Below, one piece after another: positions 38,560 to 51,969 of a stretch of DNA of 64,000 nt. The position numbers and the translations under genes were made by a program. Where the stretch lies: positions 8,310,001 to 8,374,000 of the forward strand of contig NC_086109.1 in NCBI RefSeq assembly GCF_963921235.1. Reading direction: 5' to 3'. Source of the DNA: Mobula hypostoma. Taxonomy: Eukaryota. Position 1 is the stretch's first letter. Each line of letters opens with the position of its first letter. A model generated the notes under the pieces. The model was not told the DNA's origin and made no database searches. It worked only from the letters and a program-made list of their open reading frames with translations.

Positions 38560-40339
38560 ACACGTACTTGAAATGTGGGAAGAAACGGGAGAACCCAGAG
38601 GAGAACTACATGTTCTGGGGAGAAGGTACAAACATGTTTCAGACAGCAGCGGGAGATGAACCCTGTTCACTTGCACTGTAACGCTATGCTAACTGCTATG
38701 TGCCATGGCTGTAATTATGCCCCTGGCTTTAGAATCCTCCTCGTGAGAGATTTTTGTTTAGAGATAGACTGCCAAATAGGCACTTCTGGTCCTTTGAGCC
38801 GTGCCGCCCAGCAAACCCTGAAAACCCCCAATTAACCCTAACCTAATCACTGGACAATTTGCAATGACAAATTAACCTACTAACCAGTACATTTTTGGGC
38901 TGTGGGAGGAAACCAGAGCACCTGGAGGAGACCCACACGGTCATGGGGAGAATGTACAGACAAAGGACACCGGTACAGAACCCCAGACTCCAACACCCTG
39001 AACTGTAAAACCAAACCCCTCAAAAGCTCATGTTTCAGTAAGATCACCTCTCGTTCTCCTAAACTCCCAAGCAACAGACTGTGTTGGAAGAGCTCAGTGG
39101 GTCGAGCAGCATCTGTGGGGGAAGGAGCTGTCCGAGTTTCGGGTCGAAACCCTGTATCAGGATTGAGAGTGAAGATCTCCTCCTCCACTCTCAGTCCTGA
39201 GGCAGGGTCTGGGCACAAAACACTGTACAATTCCTTTCACCCCCATAGATTCAGGATAGTTTGTTACTTCCAGTCCGCTTGTTATATGACATGGACGATC
39301 ATGGTCTTTCCATGACTATGATTGTTCTTGGCAATTTTTTCTACAGAACTGGTTCTCCTGGGCAGTGTCTTTACAAGATGGGTGACCCCAGCCATTATCA
39401 ATACTCTTCAGAGACTGCCTGTTGAATCAACAAGACCTGTGATAGGCACCAGCTGCTCATACAACCGTTCACCTCCTGCTCCCGTGGCTCCACGTGACCC
39501 TGATCGGGGGCTAAGCAGGTGCTACACCTCGCCCAAGGGTGACCTGCAGGCTAGTGGAGGGAAGAAGCTCCTTACACTCCCTTTGGTAGAGACGTATCTC
39601 CACCTCGCCACCCACAGGTACGTGCAGGTAAATTCAGTATTTTTTTATTTAGAGATACAGCACAGTAACAGGCTCTTGTGGCCCAACGAGCCCGTGCCAC
39701 CCGGTTACACCCATGTGACCAAGTGACCAATCTCTATGTCTTTGGAATGTGGGAGGAAACCAGAGCACCCTGAGGAAATCCACACGATCACAGAAAACGG
39801 TGGAAGTGACTGCGGGCCACTGATGCTTTACCGGTATTATGCTAACCACGACACTACAGTGCCACCCCCAAAACCATGGTGATTGTCAATTTCCCCTTGG
39901 TAAAAGTTAGTGGCAAATGAATCGAAGGATCTGCGAGAGAGGAAAAGGTAGAGGGGTGTGGGAAATGAGGAGGAAAGGGCCTAAGGATATCACTCCTCCT
40001 GAGAATGGGCGTGGATCTGATGAGTAAATGGTCTTGTGGACAGAGGTCGGGTTACAATTATAGAAAGGGGAGCAGAGGTTCTAATTAAGCATTTTTGTCT
40101 GAACTCGTCACTTCTCTCCACAGACACTGCCTGACCCGCTGAATGTTTCTGGCATTGCTTTAGCATTTTACTGGGTCCAGAGGTGATCCTGTTTAATAGA
40201 TTAGTAAACAGTCTTCCATGAATTTAGCAGTTGTTACTCCAAATGAGACATTTAAGAGGATCTTTGGCTCAGGAATATCGCAGAGAAAGAAGGAATCGTG
40301 GACCTTTTGCAGGCAGTATGGGTTCAAAGTTCAGTTATT

Positions 40340-41610
40340 GTTCAAGTATATGTATGTCACCATTGCACTCTCCACTACACATGAAGTTTGTCAGAGTTTT
40401 AGATGCCATGCCGAACATTCACAAGCTGCTAAGGAAGCAGGAAGTCGTGCTTTCTTCATAAGGGCACTCATGTGCTGGGCCAGGACAGATCCTCTGAAAT
40501 GGTAACGTTGGACAATTCAAAGTTGTTGACCCTCTCCACCTCTGACACCCGATGAGGACTGGCTCGTGGATCTATGGTTTCCTCCTCCTGAAATCAAAAA
40601 TCAGCTCCTTGGTCTTGCTGACATTGAGTGAGGGGTTGTTGTTGTGGCTGCACTCAGCCAGGTTTTCAGTCTCAGTCCTATGTGCTGAATCGTCACCACC
40701 TTCGATTCAGCCAGTGACTATGCTCTTGTCAACAAACTTAAACATGGCATTGAAGCTGTGCTTAGCCTCACAGTCATTAAGTATAAAGCAAGTAGAGCGG
40801 GGGCTGAGCACACAACTTGTGCACCTGTGCTGATAGAGATTGTGGAGGAGATGTTGGTGCCAATCCAAACTGACTGGGGTCTGCAAACGAGGAAATCGAG
40901 GATTCAATTGCACAAGGAGGTACTGAGGTCTGGCTTATTGATTGGTTTTGAGGGGATGATGGTATTGAATGCCAAGCTGTAGTCGATAAAGAGCATCCTG
41001 ATGTTTGCGTCTTTGCTGTCCAGATACTGTATTCCAGTGAAGAGCCAATGAGGTGACTTCTGCTGTGGACCTGTTGTGTTGGTAGGCGAATTGTAGCAGA
41101 TACAAGTCGCTTTTCAGGCAGGAGCTGATATGTTTCATCACCAACCTCTCAGAACACTTCACCACTGTGGATGTAAGTGCTGCTGGAGGCACTGAGGCAG
41201 GTCACCACGTTCTTCTTAGTATAATTGAAGCCTGCTCGAAACAGGTGGTACCTCAGACCGCCATAGCAAGATGTTTAAGATGTCGGTCAACGCTCCAGCC
41301 AGTTGATCCACACAAGTCTTTAGTACTTGGCCAGGTATCCCATCTGGGCGGGATACTTCCCGTGGGTTCACCCTCCTGAAGGAAGTTCTCACGTCAATCT
41401 CAGAGACTGAAGTCACAGGGTAGTGGGTGGGGGTGCTGTGGGAGTTTATGAAGGTTCCTCCATGTTCTGATGGTCAAAGCGAGCATTGTGTTCATCTGGG
41501 AGTGAAGCCTTGTTGTTACCTATGTTGCTTGGTTTCACTTTGTAGGAGGTAATAGATTTTAAGCCCTGCACAGCTGGTAAGCCCTTATGTGATTCAAGTT
41601 TGATCCAGAA
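40340..41610 (-). mobile_element. Rex1/Babar-type LINE RT fragment
   Basis: VRTSFRRVNPR..PDGIPGQVLKTCVDQLAG, ALTSTVVKCSERLV..LQFAY, KFVDKSIVTG on the minus strand; frameshifted. Confidence 0.85.
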
Positions 41611-41719
41611 ATGGTTAAGTTTAAATACTCCAGCAGAACATCAGGGCCTGTCCTTGTTCTACGACTGAAGAGTCAGAATCAGGTTTATTATCACTGGCAT
41701 ATGTCATGAAATGTGGTGA

Positions 41720-41755
41720 AGTCCTGATGAAGGGTCTCATCCTGAAACGTTGACT
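41720..41755 (+). ncRNA. minimal (type I) hammerhead ribozyme motif in a Penelope-derived fragment
   Basis: agtc-CTGATGA-AGGG tctca TCCT-GAAA-CG-TT-gact: intact core boxes, helix II, 4-bp helix I and palindromic ACGT helix-III stub. Confidence 0.65.
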
Positions 41756-44700
41756 CTTTATTTGTCTCCATAGATGCTGCTTGACCCGCTGGTTAGTTAT
41801 TCAGTGACACAGAGTGGGGTGGGCCCTTCTGGCCCTTTGACCCACATCGCTCCAGCAACCCCTGACAAACCTGGCTACTGTTCATAGGAAAGCAGCATCC
41901 ATCATCAGGGACCCCCACCACCCAGGACATGCTCTCTTCTCGCTGCTGCTATCAGGAAGAAGGTACAGGATCCTCAGGACTCACACCACCAGGTTCAGGA
42001 ACAGTTATTACCCCTCAACATCAGGCCCCTGAACCAGCGGTGATAACTTCTCTCATCTTCACTTGCCGCATCACTGAAATGTTCAATGGACCTGAAATGT
42101 TCTATCACCTTTAAGGACTCTTCATCTCATGTTCTTGTTATTTATTGCTTATTTATTAATTATTATTATTTCTTTCTTTTTGTATTTTCACGGTTTGTTT
42201 TCTTTTGCAGACTGGTTGAACGCCCAAGTTGGTGCGGTCTTCCATTGATTCTATAACTGTTATTATTCTAGTATGGATTTATTGAGTATACGAAAATGAA
42301 TCTCAGGGTTGTATATGGTGACATATATGTACTTTGATAATAAATTTACTTTGAACATTGAACTTTGAAAAGGTAGCCTATGAAATGGTCAGATTCAAAT
42401 GTGGATCACCCAGGGGAAAGACCATGCGGTCGCAGGGAGAACGTCCAAACTCCACACAACCAGCAGTCGTGACTGAGATTGAACCCGAGTCTCTGGTGAT
42501 GTGAAGGAGCAGCTCTACTAACTGTGCCACTCTGCCATTCACAACTTGTGTATAATCTCATCGGGTTACTGACCATAGGGGAACTTTTGAGTATTTATAA
42601 ACTATTCTCAGACGACATCAAAATGAGTTGTCAGCAGCGCTGAACAACCCATCTGGCCCTAAAGCTGTCCAATTTAGCTCTGGACTGTCATTCACAATAT
42701 TATCATTTCTTTATATTGATCAGCTTCCAAGTTAAAAAGTTTATTTTGCTCCTTGTAAAGTATTTAAAATGTTAAAAATTGTGCTTTGTGTTGGGAGTAT
42801 CCTTCAATGAGACTTGCTGCTAATCTAAAGATGTTGTCACTCCCATTGGGACACCAGTAACATTCCCTCTAGATTTGTTTTTACAGCTGCGCAGACTTAC
42901 CAGTGCTCTGGGCAGGAAATTTTTATGTGGCCTGAAAACTGTGCGGCACTTTGTGTGTTTTTTTTTGTAATATGCACATCAACAAACACAAATCACAACT
43001 CACAACACAAGTAAACAATGTCAGGCAGTCAAAACAACCGACAGGCACAATGGCAAAAATAAAATGTTTTGACTAGGCGGTGTCGGCGTTCAGCAGGCTG
43101 GCAGTTTATTAACAATGAGCTACCGACTTCCATTCTGTGGTTATTGTTACAATTTGTAACAGTGTTGTAACTTGAGACACCGAAAATGTAAATACATTGA
43201 AGCTCTAAACTGTTTCAAAGTAAAGGATGTGGTACATTTATTATTTGGAAAATTTATGGATTGTGTTCATTAGCACATAATTACAGGGTATTTCACAATT
43301 ATATTAACATAGATTTCAAAATTATATTAACATATAAAAGAAAATTCCTACTGTGCAGTAAAGGCTCTGTGCATAGGAGTATTTCAAATTTCTATGCGGC
43401 AGTGCACCCATGCAGCTCTGGATACCAGGAACGCCTTTGGTGCCACACAGTGAAGAGGAATTACTTCCACTACTATCAATAGCTCCCTTTTGGCAGCTGC
43501 CTTCAATGGTGAGTCCAGTTCAGATGCTACTGAGCACAAATCCAGCCCATTCTTTAGAGCAAAGAAATAAACTGCTGGAAGAACACAGCAGCTCGATCAA
43601 CACCTGTGGGAGGATAAGGAAATGTCGACGTACTGGGTCAAAAGCTTACAGGTGCTGCTCGACGCACTGGAGTTGGCTCGGATTCAGGGTGAGTCAAGTT
43701 CTCCAAAACTCGTGTTCTCAGTATTATAAACACAAGAGATTCTGCAGATGTTGGAAATCCAAAGCAACACAAACAAAATGCCGGAGGAACTCAGCAGGTC
43801 AGGCAGAATCTATGGAAAGTCATAGTCATACTTTATTGATCCCGGGGGAAATTGGTTTTTGTTACAGTTGCACCATAAATAATAAATAGTAATAGAACCA
43901 TAAATAGTTAAATAGTAATATGTAAATTATGCCAGTGAATTATGAAATAAGTCCAGGACCAGCCTATAGGCCCAGGGTGTCTGACCCTCCAAGGGAGGAG
44001 TTGTAAAGTTTGATGGCCACAGGCAGGAATGACTTCCTATGACGCTCTGTGCTGCAACTCGGTGGAATGAGTCTCTGGCTGAATGTACTCTAAACAGTCA
44101 ACATTTCAACAGAAGACTCTCCGGGTTGCCATGCTTCCAGCACCAACATAGCATGCCCACAGCTTGGTAAACCCTAACCCATACATCTTTAAAAGCTGGG
44201 AGGAAACTGGAGCACCCGGAGGAAACCCATGCAGTCACTGAGAGAACGTACAAACTCTTTACCGAACCAACAGTGGTGGAATAGACCCAGGATGCTGGCA
44301 CTGTAAGAGCATCACCCTAACTGCTACACTACTGTTCTGCCCAGGAGAAGTCCCTAAGCTGAGTCCTGGTGAAGGGTCTCAATCCAAAATGTTGACTCGT
44401 TGTTCCTCTCCATAGATGCTGCCTGATCTGCTGAGTTCTTCCAGCAATTTGTGTGTGTGACCCAATATTATTTATTTGCACGGATTGTCCTTTTTTCCAC
44501 ATTAGTTGTCAGTATTTGTCTATATAAACATTTTCATAAATCCTATTTCTTTATTTCTTTATTTTCCTGTAAATGCCCACAAGAAAATGAATCTCAAGGT
44601 AGTTTATACGTAGTTTGATAATAGATTTACTTTGACTTTAACACTAAGCTTCTCCAGCAGACTGGGTGTTGCTCCAGTGTGTCTTGAGTCTGCAGGCCAT

Positions 44701-45154
44701 ATTTTAGACATTAGATTAGCTTTATTTATCACATATACAGCCCGCAATTGTCGCCATGTTCGTGCGCCAATGTAGTATCCGCACAATTTACTAACCCTAA
44801 CCTGTATATCATGGTTACTTGAGAAAAAACCCAAACCACTGACAGACTCAAGTTCGGGGGGGTTGACTCTGTATGACGTGCTTCAAAATAACTTGGAAAA
44901 AAAGTATGATTAATTCTTTATTACCAAACCGGCAACGATGAACGATCTTATAGCGTTAAAAAACTAACAAAACTAAATGAGCAAAATATGAGTAATTAGC
45001 AAACAAATTAGCATAATTAAGTGTAACTAAGCATAATTAGCTGTCAACAAAAAAATCATTCCCCCGGCTCATTCCCTTTCAACTAAACCAACTAACTAGG
45101 ACAAAGTGTAAATACGTAACTATACTCACTAGTTCCTGCCGCGTCCCAACCCAT

Positions 45155-46150
45155 GTTCAAAAGTTCAAAGTTCAAAGTGAAATTTATGATCAGAGTACAT
45201 GGACGTCACCACATACAACCCTGAGATTCTTTTTCTGCAGGCATACTTAGCAAATTTATAGAACAGTAACTGTAAACAGGATCAATGAAAAACAAACTGC
45301 AAATGAAGATATAAATAAATAGTAATTAACAAGAAGCATGAAATAACAAGATAAAAATCCTTAAATGAGTGTAGTTATCCCCTTTTGTTCAAGAGCCTGA
45401 TGGTTGAATGGCACTAACTGTTCTTGAACCTGCTGGAGCAAGTCCTGAGGATCCTGTCCTTCTACCTGCTGGCAGCAGTGAGACAAGAGCATGGCCTGGG
45501 TGGTGAAGATCTTTGATGATGGATGCTGCTTTCCTGCAACAGTGTTTCATGTAGATATGCTCAATGGTTATGAGGGTTTTACCTGTGATGTACGGAGTTG
45601 AATCCACTGCCTTTTGTAGGATTTTCCACTCATTGGTGTTCCCATACCAGGCCGTAATGCAGCCAGGCAGCACACTCTCTACCACACAGCTACAGAAGTT
45701 TGCAAATGTTTTCGATGATATGTTGAATCGCCACAGATTCCTGAGGAAGTAGAGGCACTGTTGTGCTTTTGTTTCAATTATATTTACGTGATGGGTTCAG
45801 GACAGTTCCTCTGAGATAGAGACACCAGGAATTTAAAGTCACTGACCCTTTCCTCCTCTGATCCTCCCATGATTACTGGCTCATGGACCTCTGGTTTCCC
45901 TCTCCTGAAGTCTACAATCAGCTCCTTGGTCTTAATGACATTGAGTGAGAGGTGGTTGTTGTGACATCACTCAGCCAAATCATCAAACTCCCTCCTGTAT
46001 GCAGATTCATCACCCCTTTGATACGGCCCAAAACAATGGTGTCGTCAGCAAACTTGTCTATGGTTTTGGAGCGGTACTTAGCCACACGAAGGTGCAAAGC
46101 GAGTAGAGCAGGGGAGCCAAGTACATATCCCTGCAGTGCTCCTGTGCTGA
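45155..46150 (-). mobile_element. Rex1/Babar-type LINE 3' fragment
   Basis: TGALQGYVL, KFADDTIVLG, VESVLPGCITAWYGN, HPGHALVSLLPAGRR and an (ACTTTGA)n tail. Confidence 0.85.
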
Positions 46151-48289
46151 CAAATTTCCCATAATAAATAAGCAACACAAAATACAATACAGACGAACAG
46201 AAAATGGATACATGGCTCCTATGCCGTACGTCTTTGGGATGGGGGAAGAAACCCAGGCAGTCACGGGGTGAACGTACAAACTTGAACCCCAATCACTGGC
46301 ACTGTAAAGAGTGTATGCTAAATAATACATTACCTTTAGGTGATCTTGGATACTTACACTCTAAGCCAGCCAGTATTTACTATTCAAGGTGAATACTACA
46401 ATACTTTTTTTTGATGAGATAAGTTTCTATGCAGCTCATGGGCTTGACTGGTAATGAAGATGAAAGCTTTCCTTTCAAAAGGTGCAGTCATTAGTGCCAC
46501 CTAGTGGTCTTGAGTGGAATTTCACAAGCACCACCCATTCAAGTGTCAAAGAGTGGAGATTGCCTGAGGTTTTAGATTTAATGTGCGAGTTAACTGCACT
46601 CTTGCTGCTTTCAGTTTTCTTTGCTCCATTCATAACGTTCCCTGACTTCATCTCATGGTCAGTCTGTCAGCAACCTTGAAAGCAGGTGGTCCATGAAAGC
46701 ACCGTGGTCCTGAATAACGTTGTCTCGTTTTTGCTGTGTACTGTACCAGCAGTTATGGTCGAAATGACAATAAAAAGTGACGACTTGTCATGGTAGAACT
46801 GACCGTACAGTGGGGTGACTGGATTGAGGAGGGTTTTGGGCGTAAGAAAACCAGGAGCTGGGAGAACAGTGCCAGAGAGTGTGGTGGAGGGCACGACTGG
46901 AGCCTAAAGAGGTTGGGTGTTGAGGTTTTGCTTGGCTGCTCGCTGTGTACAACCTACTCTCTCCTTGGCATTATGGGGTTTTCACAGAGCAATCAGGACC
47001 ATCTCAAGCTACTGAGTGAGCATCCAGATGGCTGTGGATAAAGAGTTGTGGCCAAATGCTGGTGGGACACAAACTAGGGCCTGATCAATCCTGGCTAGGT
47101 CACCTGGCCAAAGGAGTCTGATGTTGAAAGACGTAAAAAACATCTGATGACCCCAGGTTACATCACTTATGATGTGTCCCAGCACATCCTAGGATGTATC
47201 TCAGTGCCATCCAGCATGAACAGAATCAGAACAAGTCCCATTCCTCCCTTCCGCCCTCCCACACACAGGGACAGGCCCCTGGGCCTCCAGCATCCAACCA
47301 TCGGGCCTCAACATCAGATTAACTTCCGGGCTTCGTTCTTCGGCACCGATCCCCCCGGACTATCCATGTCGGGGACCCAAACTCCATTAATCACAATAAG
47401 AATACATTTAAAATAGGTAAATAGTGCAAGAGGAGAGCAAAATTGTGAGGCAGTGTTCATTGTCCATCCAGAAATCTGATGGCGGAGAGACACTGACTCT
47501 GCTGAGCGTGCGTCTTCAGGTTCCTGTACCACCTGATGGACGGCAGTGTTGAGAAGAGGGCATACGCTGGGCAGTGAGGGCCCTTCATGCTGTGATCCCG
47601 AGGCACTGCCTTTTAAAGATGTCCCCATGGTGGGCAGACCACAGCCCATGAAGGAGTAGCTGAGTCTACAACCCTCCACATCGTTTGCCGATCCTGTGCA
47701 TCAATGCCTCCGCTTCCGACTTTTAAGACAAAAATACCCAATTCCATCAACTGTAGTGGCAATTGTTTAATTGCACAGACTTTTAAGGGAAATTTATTTA
47801 AAAGGATTTCTGAACTTTTGATTGGGATTTCTTGAAGCATATACAATGTGTTCACCATTTCATCACCCAGCCTCACAAACCATACTACCAGCCTCCTGGT
47901 CCTAGGCTCAACATGACATGCAACCTCTTAACTACACAACAGAGGGCTTTAGTTATACATGCACTGAACAGTGGAGGAACTTAGCAGGTCAGGCAGCATT
48001 ATGGAGCAAAACGAACAGTTGGTGTTTCAGGTACAGAGAGGGGTGCACTGAGGGGACATGTGCTAAACACAGGAAATTGGAACTGGCAGAGTGAGCACTA
48101 TGGTCAGAATGGACTAGTTGGGCCAAAGGGCCTGTATCCATGCTAAGCTGCTCAAACTCAATGATCATGACTCTAAGATACAGTAATGGTATCACTGCAA
48201 TTCCTTGTTCTACAACCTTATTGGTTAGCATATGAGGAGTGTTTGATGGCTCTGGACTTGTACTCACTGGAGCTTAGAAGAATAAGGAA

Positions 48290-48810
48290 GGCCATTCAGC
48301 CCATTGAGTCTGCTCTGCCATTCCATCTTGATTGATTTATTATCCCTCTCTACCCCATTCTCCTGACTTCTCACCATAACCCTTGACACACTGACTAATC
48401 AAGAACTTATCTACCTCCGCTTTAAAGGACTTGGCCTCCACAGTCACCCATGGCAATCTATTTCAGATTCATCACCCTCTGGCTAAAGAAATTCCTTCTC
48501 ATCTCTGTTCTAAAAGGTTGTCCTTCTATTCTGAGGCTGTACCCTCTGGCCCTACACTTTCCCACTATTGGCAACATCCTCTCCATGTCCACTCTTATAT
48601 AGACCTTTCAATATTCAGTAGGATTCAATGAGATTCCACCCCATCCCCCATTCTTCTAAACTCCAGAGTACAGACCCAGAGCTATCACATGCTCCTCATA
48701 CATTAACACTTCCATTCCAGGAATCATTCTTGTCAACCTCCTCTGAACCCGCTCCAATGCCAGCACATCCTTTCTTTGAAAAGGAGCCCAAAACTGCTCA
48801 CAATGTTTGT
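48290..48810 (-). mobile_element. CR1-type LINE 3' fragment (others ~10115-10460, 27255-27570, 34335-34840, 52835-53080, 54655-55055, 62540-63030)
   Basis: Same CR1 3'-end sequence as 4687-5262. Confidence 0.75.
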
Positions 48811-50339
48811 TAGGATGGTGTGACTTTATTTCTAATGAATTAGGACATTATTTAAAACCTCTGCGACCCTCACTTGTACACCAGCTTGTGCTTTGTATAG
48901 AGGCATCATGTTTAAAGGATATCATTTCTATTAAAAATCCTTCTGCTGGCTTCTTCCCCCTTCCTTTCCAGTCCAGATGAAGGGTCTCGGCCTGAAACGG
49001 CAACTGCTTACACCCCGCCATAGATGTTGCCTGACTTGCAGAGTTCCTCCAGCATTTTGCTCAAGATTTCAAACATCTCTTGTTTCTAATTTGCCAAGTC
49101 TCTTCAAGCTATGCCTATCCTTTCTTTCTTTTTCAATCTTTTTTATTGAGTTTCAAATTGATTAACATAACAATGATAATGATACAAAGAGATCGGGATT
49201 ACATTAATAATGGTTAACGTATACAGACACAGACTCCGAGTAACATATTTAATTTAAACCTCCCAATCTCTTAATAACTGAACATGAAAAAGAAACCAAC
49301 CTCCTACACTTAAAAAAAAACAAGACAAAACAAAACAAAGACTGGGCTGCCATATTTCATTGGTTAAGATCATTATTTGTCATTACCTCCGCTCCTCTAC
49401 ACACAAACAAAAAGTTATTAAAAAGGATTCGGAAAAGGTCAACTTACATCCTATGAAAATGTTGAATAAATGGCCTCCAAGTTTCTTCAAATTTAACCGA
49501 AGGATCACTTCTAATTTTTTCCAAATTTAAACATATTATAGCTTAGGAAAACCATTGAAATGTAGAAGGGGGATTAGAATCTTTGCATTTAAATAAAATG
49601 GATCTTCTGGCTATTAATGTAACAAATGCAATCAAACGACAAGCTGAGGGGGATAAATGACTAAAGTCTATCACTGGTAATCCAAAAATTGCAGTAATAG
49701 GATGAGGTTGTAAATCAACATGCAAAACTACTGAAATAATATCAAAAATGTCTTTCCAATATTTTTCCAAAAGAGGGCAAGACCAGAACATATGTGTCAA
49801 GGAAGCTACCTCAGAATTACATCTGTCACAAACAGGATTTATATGACCATAAAAACGAGCTAACTTATCCTATATGGCCCCTATGAGCCACCTTAAATTG
49901 TATCAAAGCGTGTCTAGCACACATTGAAGAAGTGTTAACTAGTTGGAGAATTTTCTCCCATCTCTCTATAGGTAAAGATACCTGAAGTTCTCCTTCCCAT
50001 TTGTTCTTAATTTTACAGACATACCTAAACGTATTTTCGTAATTAAATCATAAACAATTGCTATTAAACTCTTCTGATAGGGGTTTAAACCTGAAAAGTT
50101 TTCTGTAATTTCAATTTGATATCGGAAAAGTAGGCAAAAACCTTCAAAAAGTTTCTAATCTGTAAAAATCTGAAAAAATATGATCTAGGCAAATTATATT
50201 TTATTAGACAATTGTTCAAAGGATGAGACAATTATCCATGAATAAATCACGAAGACATATTATTCCCTTCATTTTCCATAAAAGAAAAGCTTGATCAGTT
50301 CTGGATGGTTGGAAGAAAAAACTGGATATAATAGGACTT

Positions 50340-50481
50340 CAAACACGAGGAAATCTGCAGATGCTGGAATTTCAAGCAACACACACAAAAAATGCTGACA
50401 AAGGGTCTTGGCCCAAAACGTCGACTGTACCTCTTCCTGTAGATGCTACCTGGCCTGCTGCGTTCACCAGCATTTTTCGTG
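50340..50481 (+). mobile_element. Penelope-derived insertion in the L1, 13-bp TSD
   Basis: TSD TATAATAGGACTT at 50327-50339 and 50482-50494; inverted tip plus a body with a decayed hammerhead core. Confidence 0.85.
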
Positions 50482-51465
50482 TATAATAGGACTTGATAGG
50501 ATAAATTTATTCAATCCAAAATATTTACAAATTTGAAATCATATTCGTATTGTATCTCTAATTATTGGATTAATCGTTTGTTTATTCAGTTTAGTAAATG
50601 CAAAGGGAAACGAAGCCCCTAAGATAGAAGCCGATGAGAACCCCTGTACAGACTCGCACTCGAGGTTCACCCATCGTGGACATTGAATTTCATCCAAATC
50701 TTGTGTCCAGAACGTTAGGTATGGAATATTAATTGCCCAATAATAGAACCTAAAGTTCGGCAATGCCAAACTGCCATCCCTTTTTGATTTCTGTAGATAT
50801 TTCTTACTTAATCTAGGATTTTTATTCTGCCATATATATGAAGAAATTTTAGAATCAATAATATCGAAAAAGGATTTAGAGATGAATATTAGTACTACCT
50901 GAAATAGATACAGAAATTTAGGTAAAATAATCATCTTAATAGCATTGATTTCACCAATCAATGATAGGGACAATGGAGACCCATTTAGTAAGGAATTGTT
51001 TAACATGATCAATTAAGGGTAAAAAGTTAACTTTAAATGGATCCTTATGCTTCTTAGTAATTTTAACACCCAATTAAGTAAAATAATCAGTAACCAGTCT
51101 GTATGGTAATTGTCTATAGATTGGAACTTGCATATTTAATGGAAAAAGCTCACTCTTATTAAGATTCAATTTATAGCCAGAAAAACTACTAAACTGAGCA
51201 AGCAGTAATATTACTGCAGGGATGGATTTCTCTGGATTAGAGATATATAATGACAGGTCATCTGCATATAATGATACCTTATGCGTCTCATTCCCACGAA
51301 TAATGCCAAATATACTGGGTGAATCACGAACAGCGATTGCCAAGGGTTCCAAGGCGATATCAAATTGTAAGGGCTTAAAGGACAGCCCTGTCTAGTACCT
51401 TGAAAAGGCCTAAAAAAGGGAGATCTCTGATTATTACTAAGTACAGAAGCCAAAGGTGTATGATA

Positions 51466-51969
51466 GCAATACACATCAAAGTTGCTGGTGAACGCAGCAG
51501 GCCAGGCAGCATCTCTAGGAAGAGGTACAGTCAACGTTTCGGGCCGAGACCATTTCGTCAGGACTAACTGAAGGAAGAGCTAGTAAGAGATTTGAAAGTG
51601 GGAGGGGGAGGAGGAGATCCAAAATGACAGGAGAAGACAGGAGGGGGAGGGATGGAGCCAAGAGCTGGACAGGTGATTGGCAAAAGAGATATGAGAAGAT
51701 CATGGGACAGGAGGCCCAGGGAGAAGGAAAAGGGGGAGGGGAAGAAAACCCAGAGGATGGACAAGGGGTATAGTCAGAGGGACAGAGGGAGAAAAAGGAA
51801 AGAGAAAGAATGTGTGTATATAAATAACGGATGGGGTACGAGGGGGAGGTGGGGCATTAGCAGAAGTTAGAGAAGTCAATGTTCGTGCCATTAGGTTGGA
51901 GGCTACCCAGATGGAATATAGGGTGTTGTTTCTCCAGCCTGAGTGTGGCATCTGCAGAATTCCTCGTGT
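51466..51969 (-). mobile_element. 5'-truncated Penelope-like element with GIY-YIG C-terminal remnant, 14-bp TSD
   Basis: [29 protein letters not shown], a pyrimidine-rich UTR and a hammerhead motif. The TSD is AAAGGTGTATGATA (51452-51465) / AAAGATGTATGATA (51970-51983). Confidence 0.85.
51529..51565 (-). ncRNA. minimal hammerhead ribozyme motif
   Basis: Minus strand agtc-CTGACGA-AATGGtctcggCCC-GAAACGTT-gact; core intact, helix II perturbed. Confidence 0.55.
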
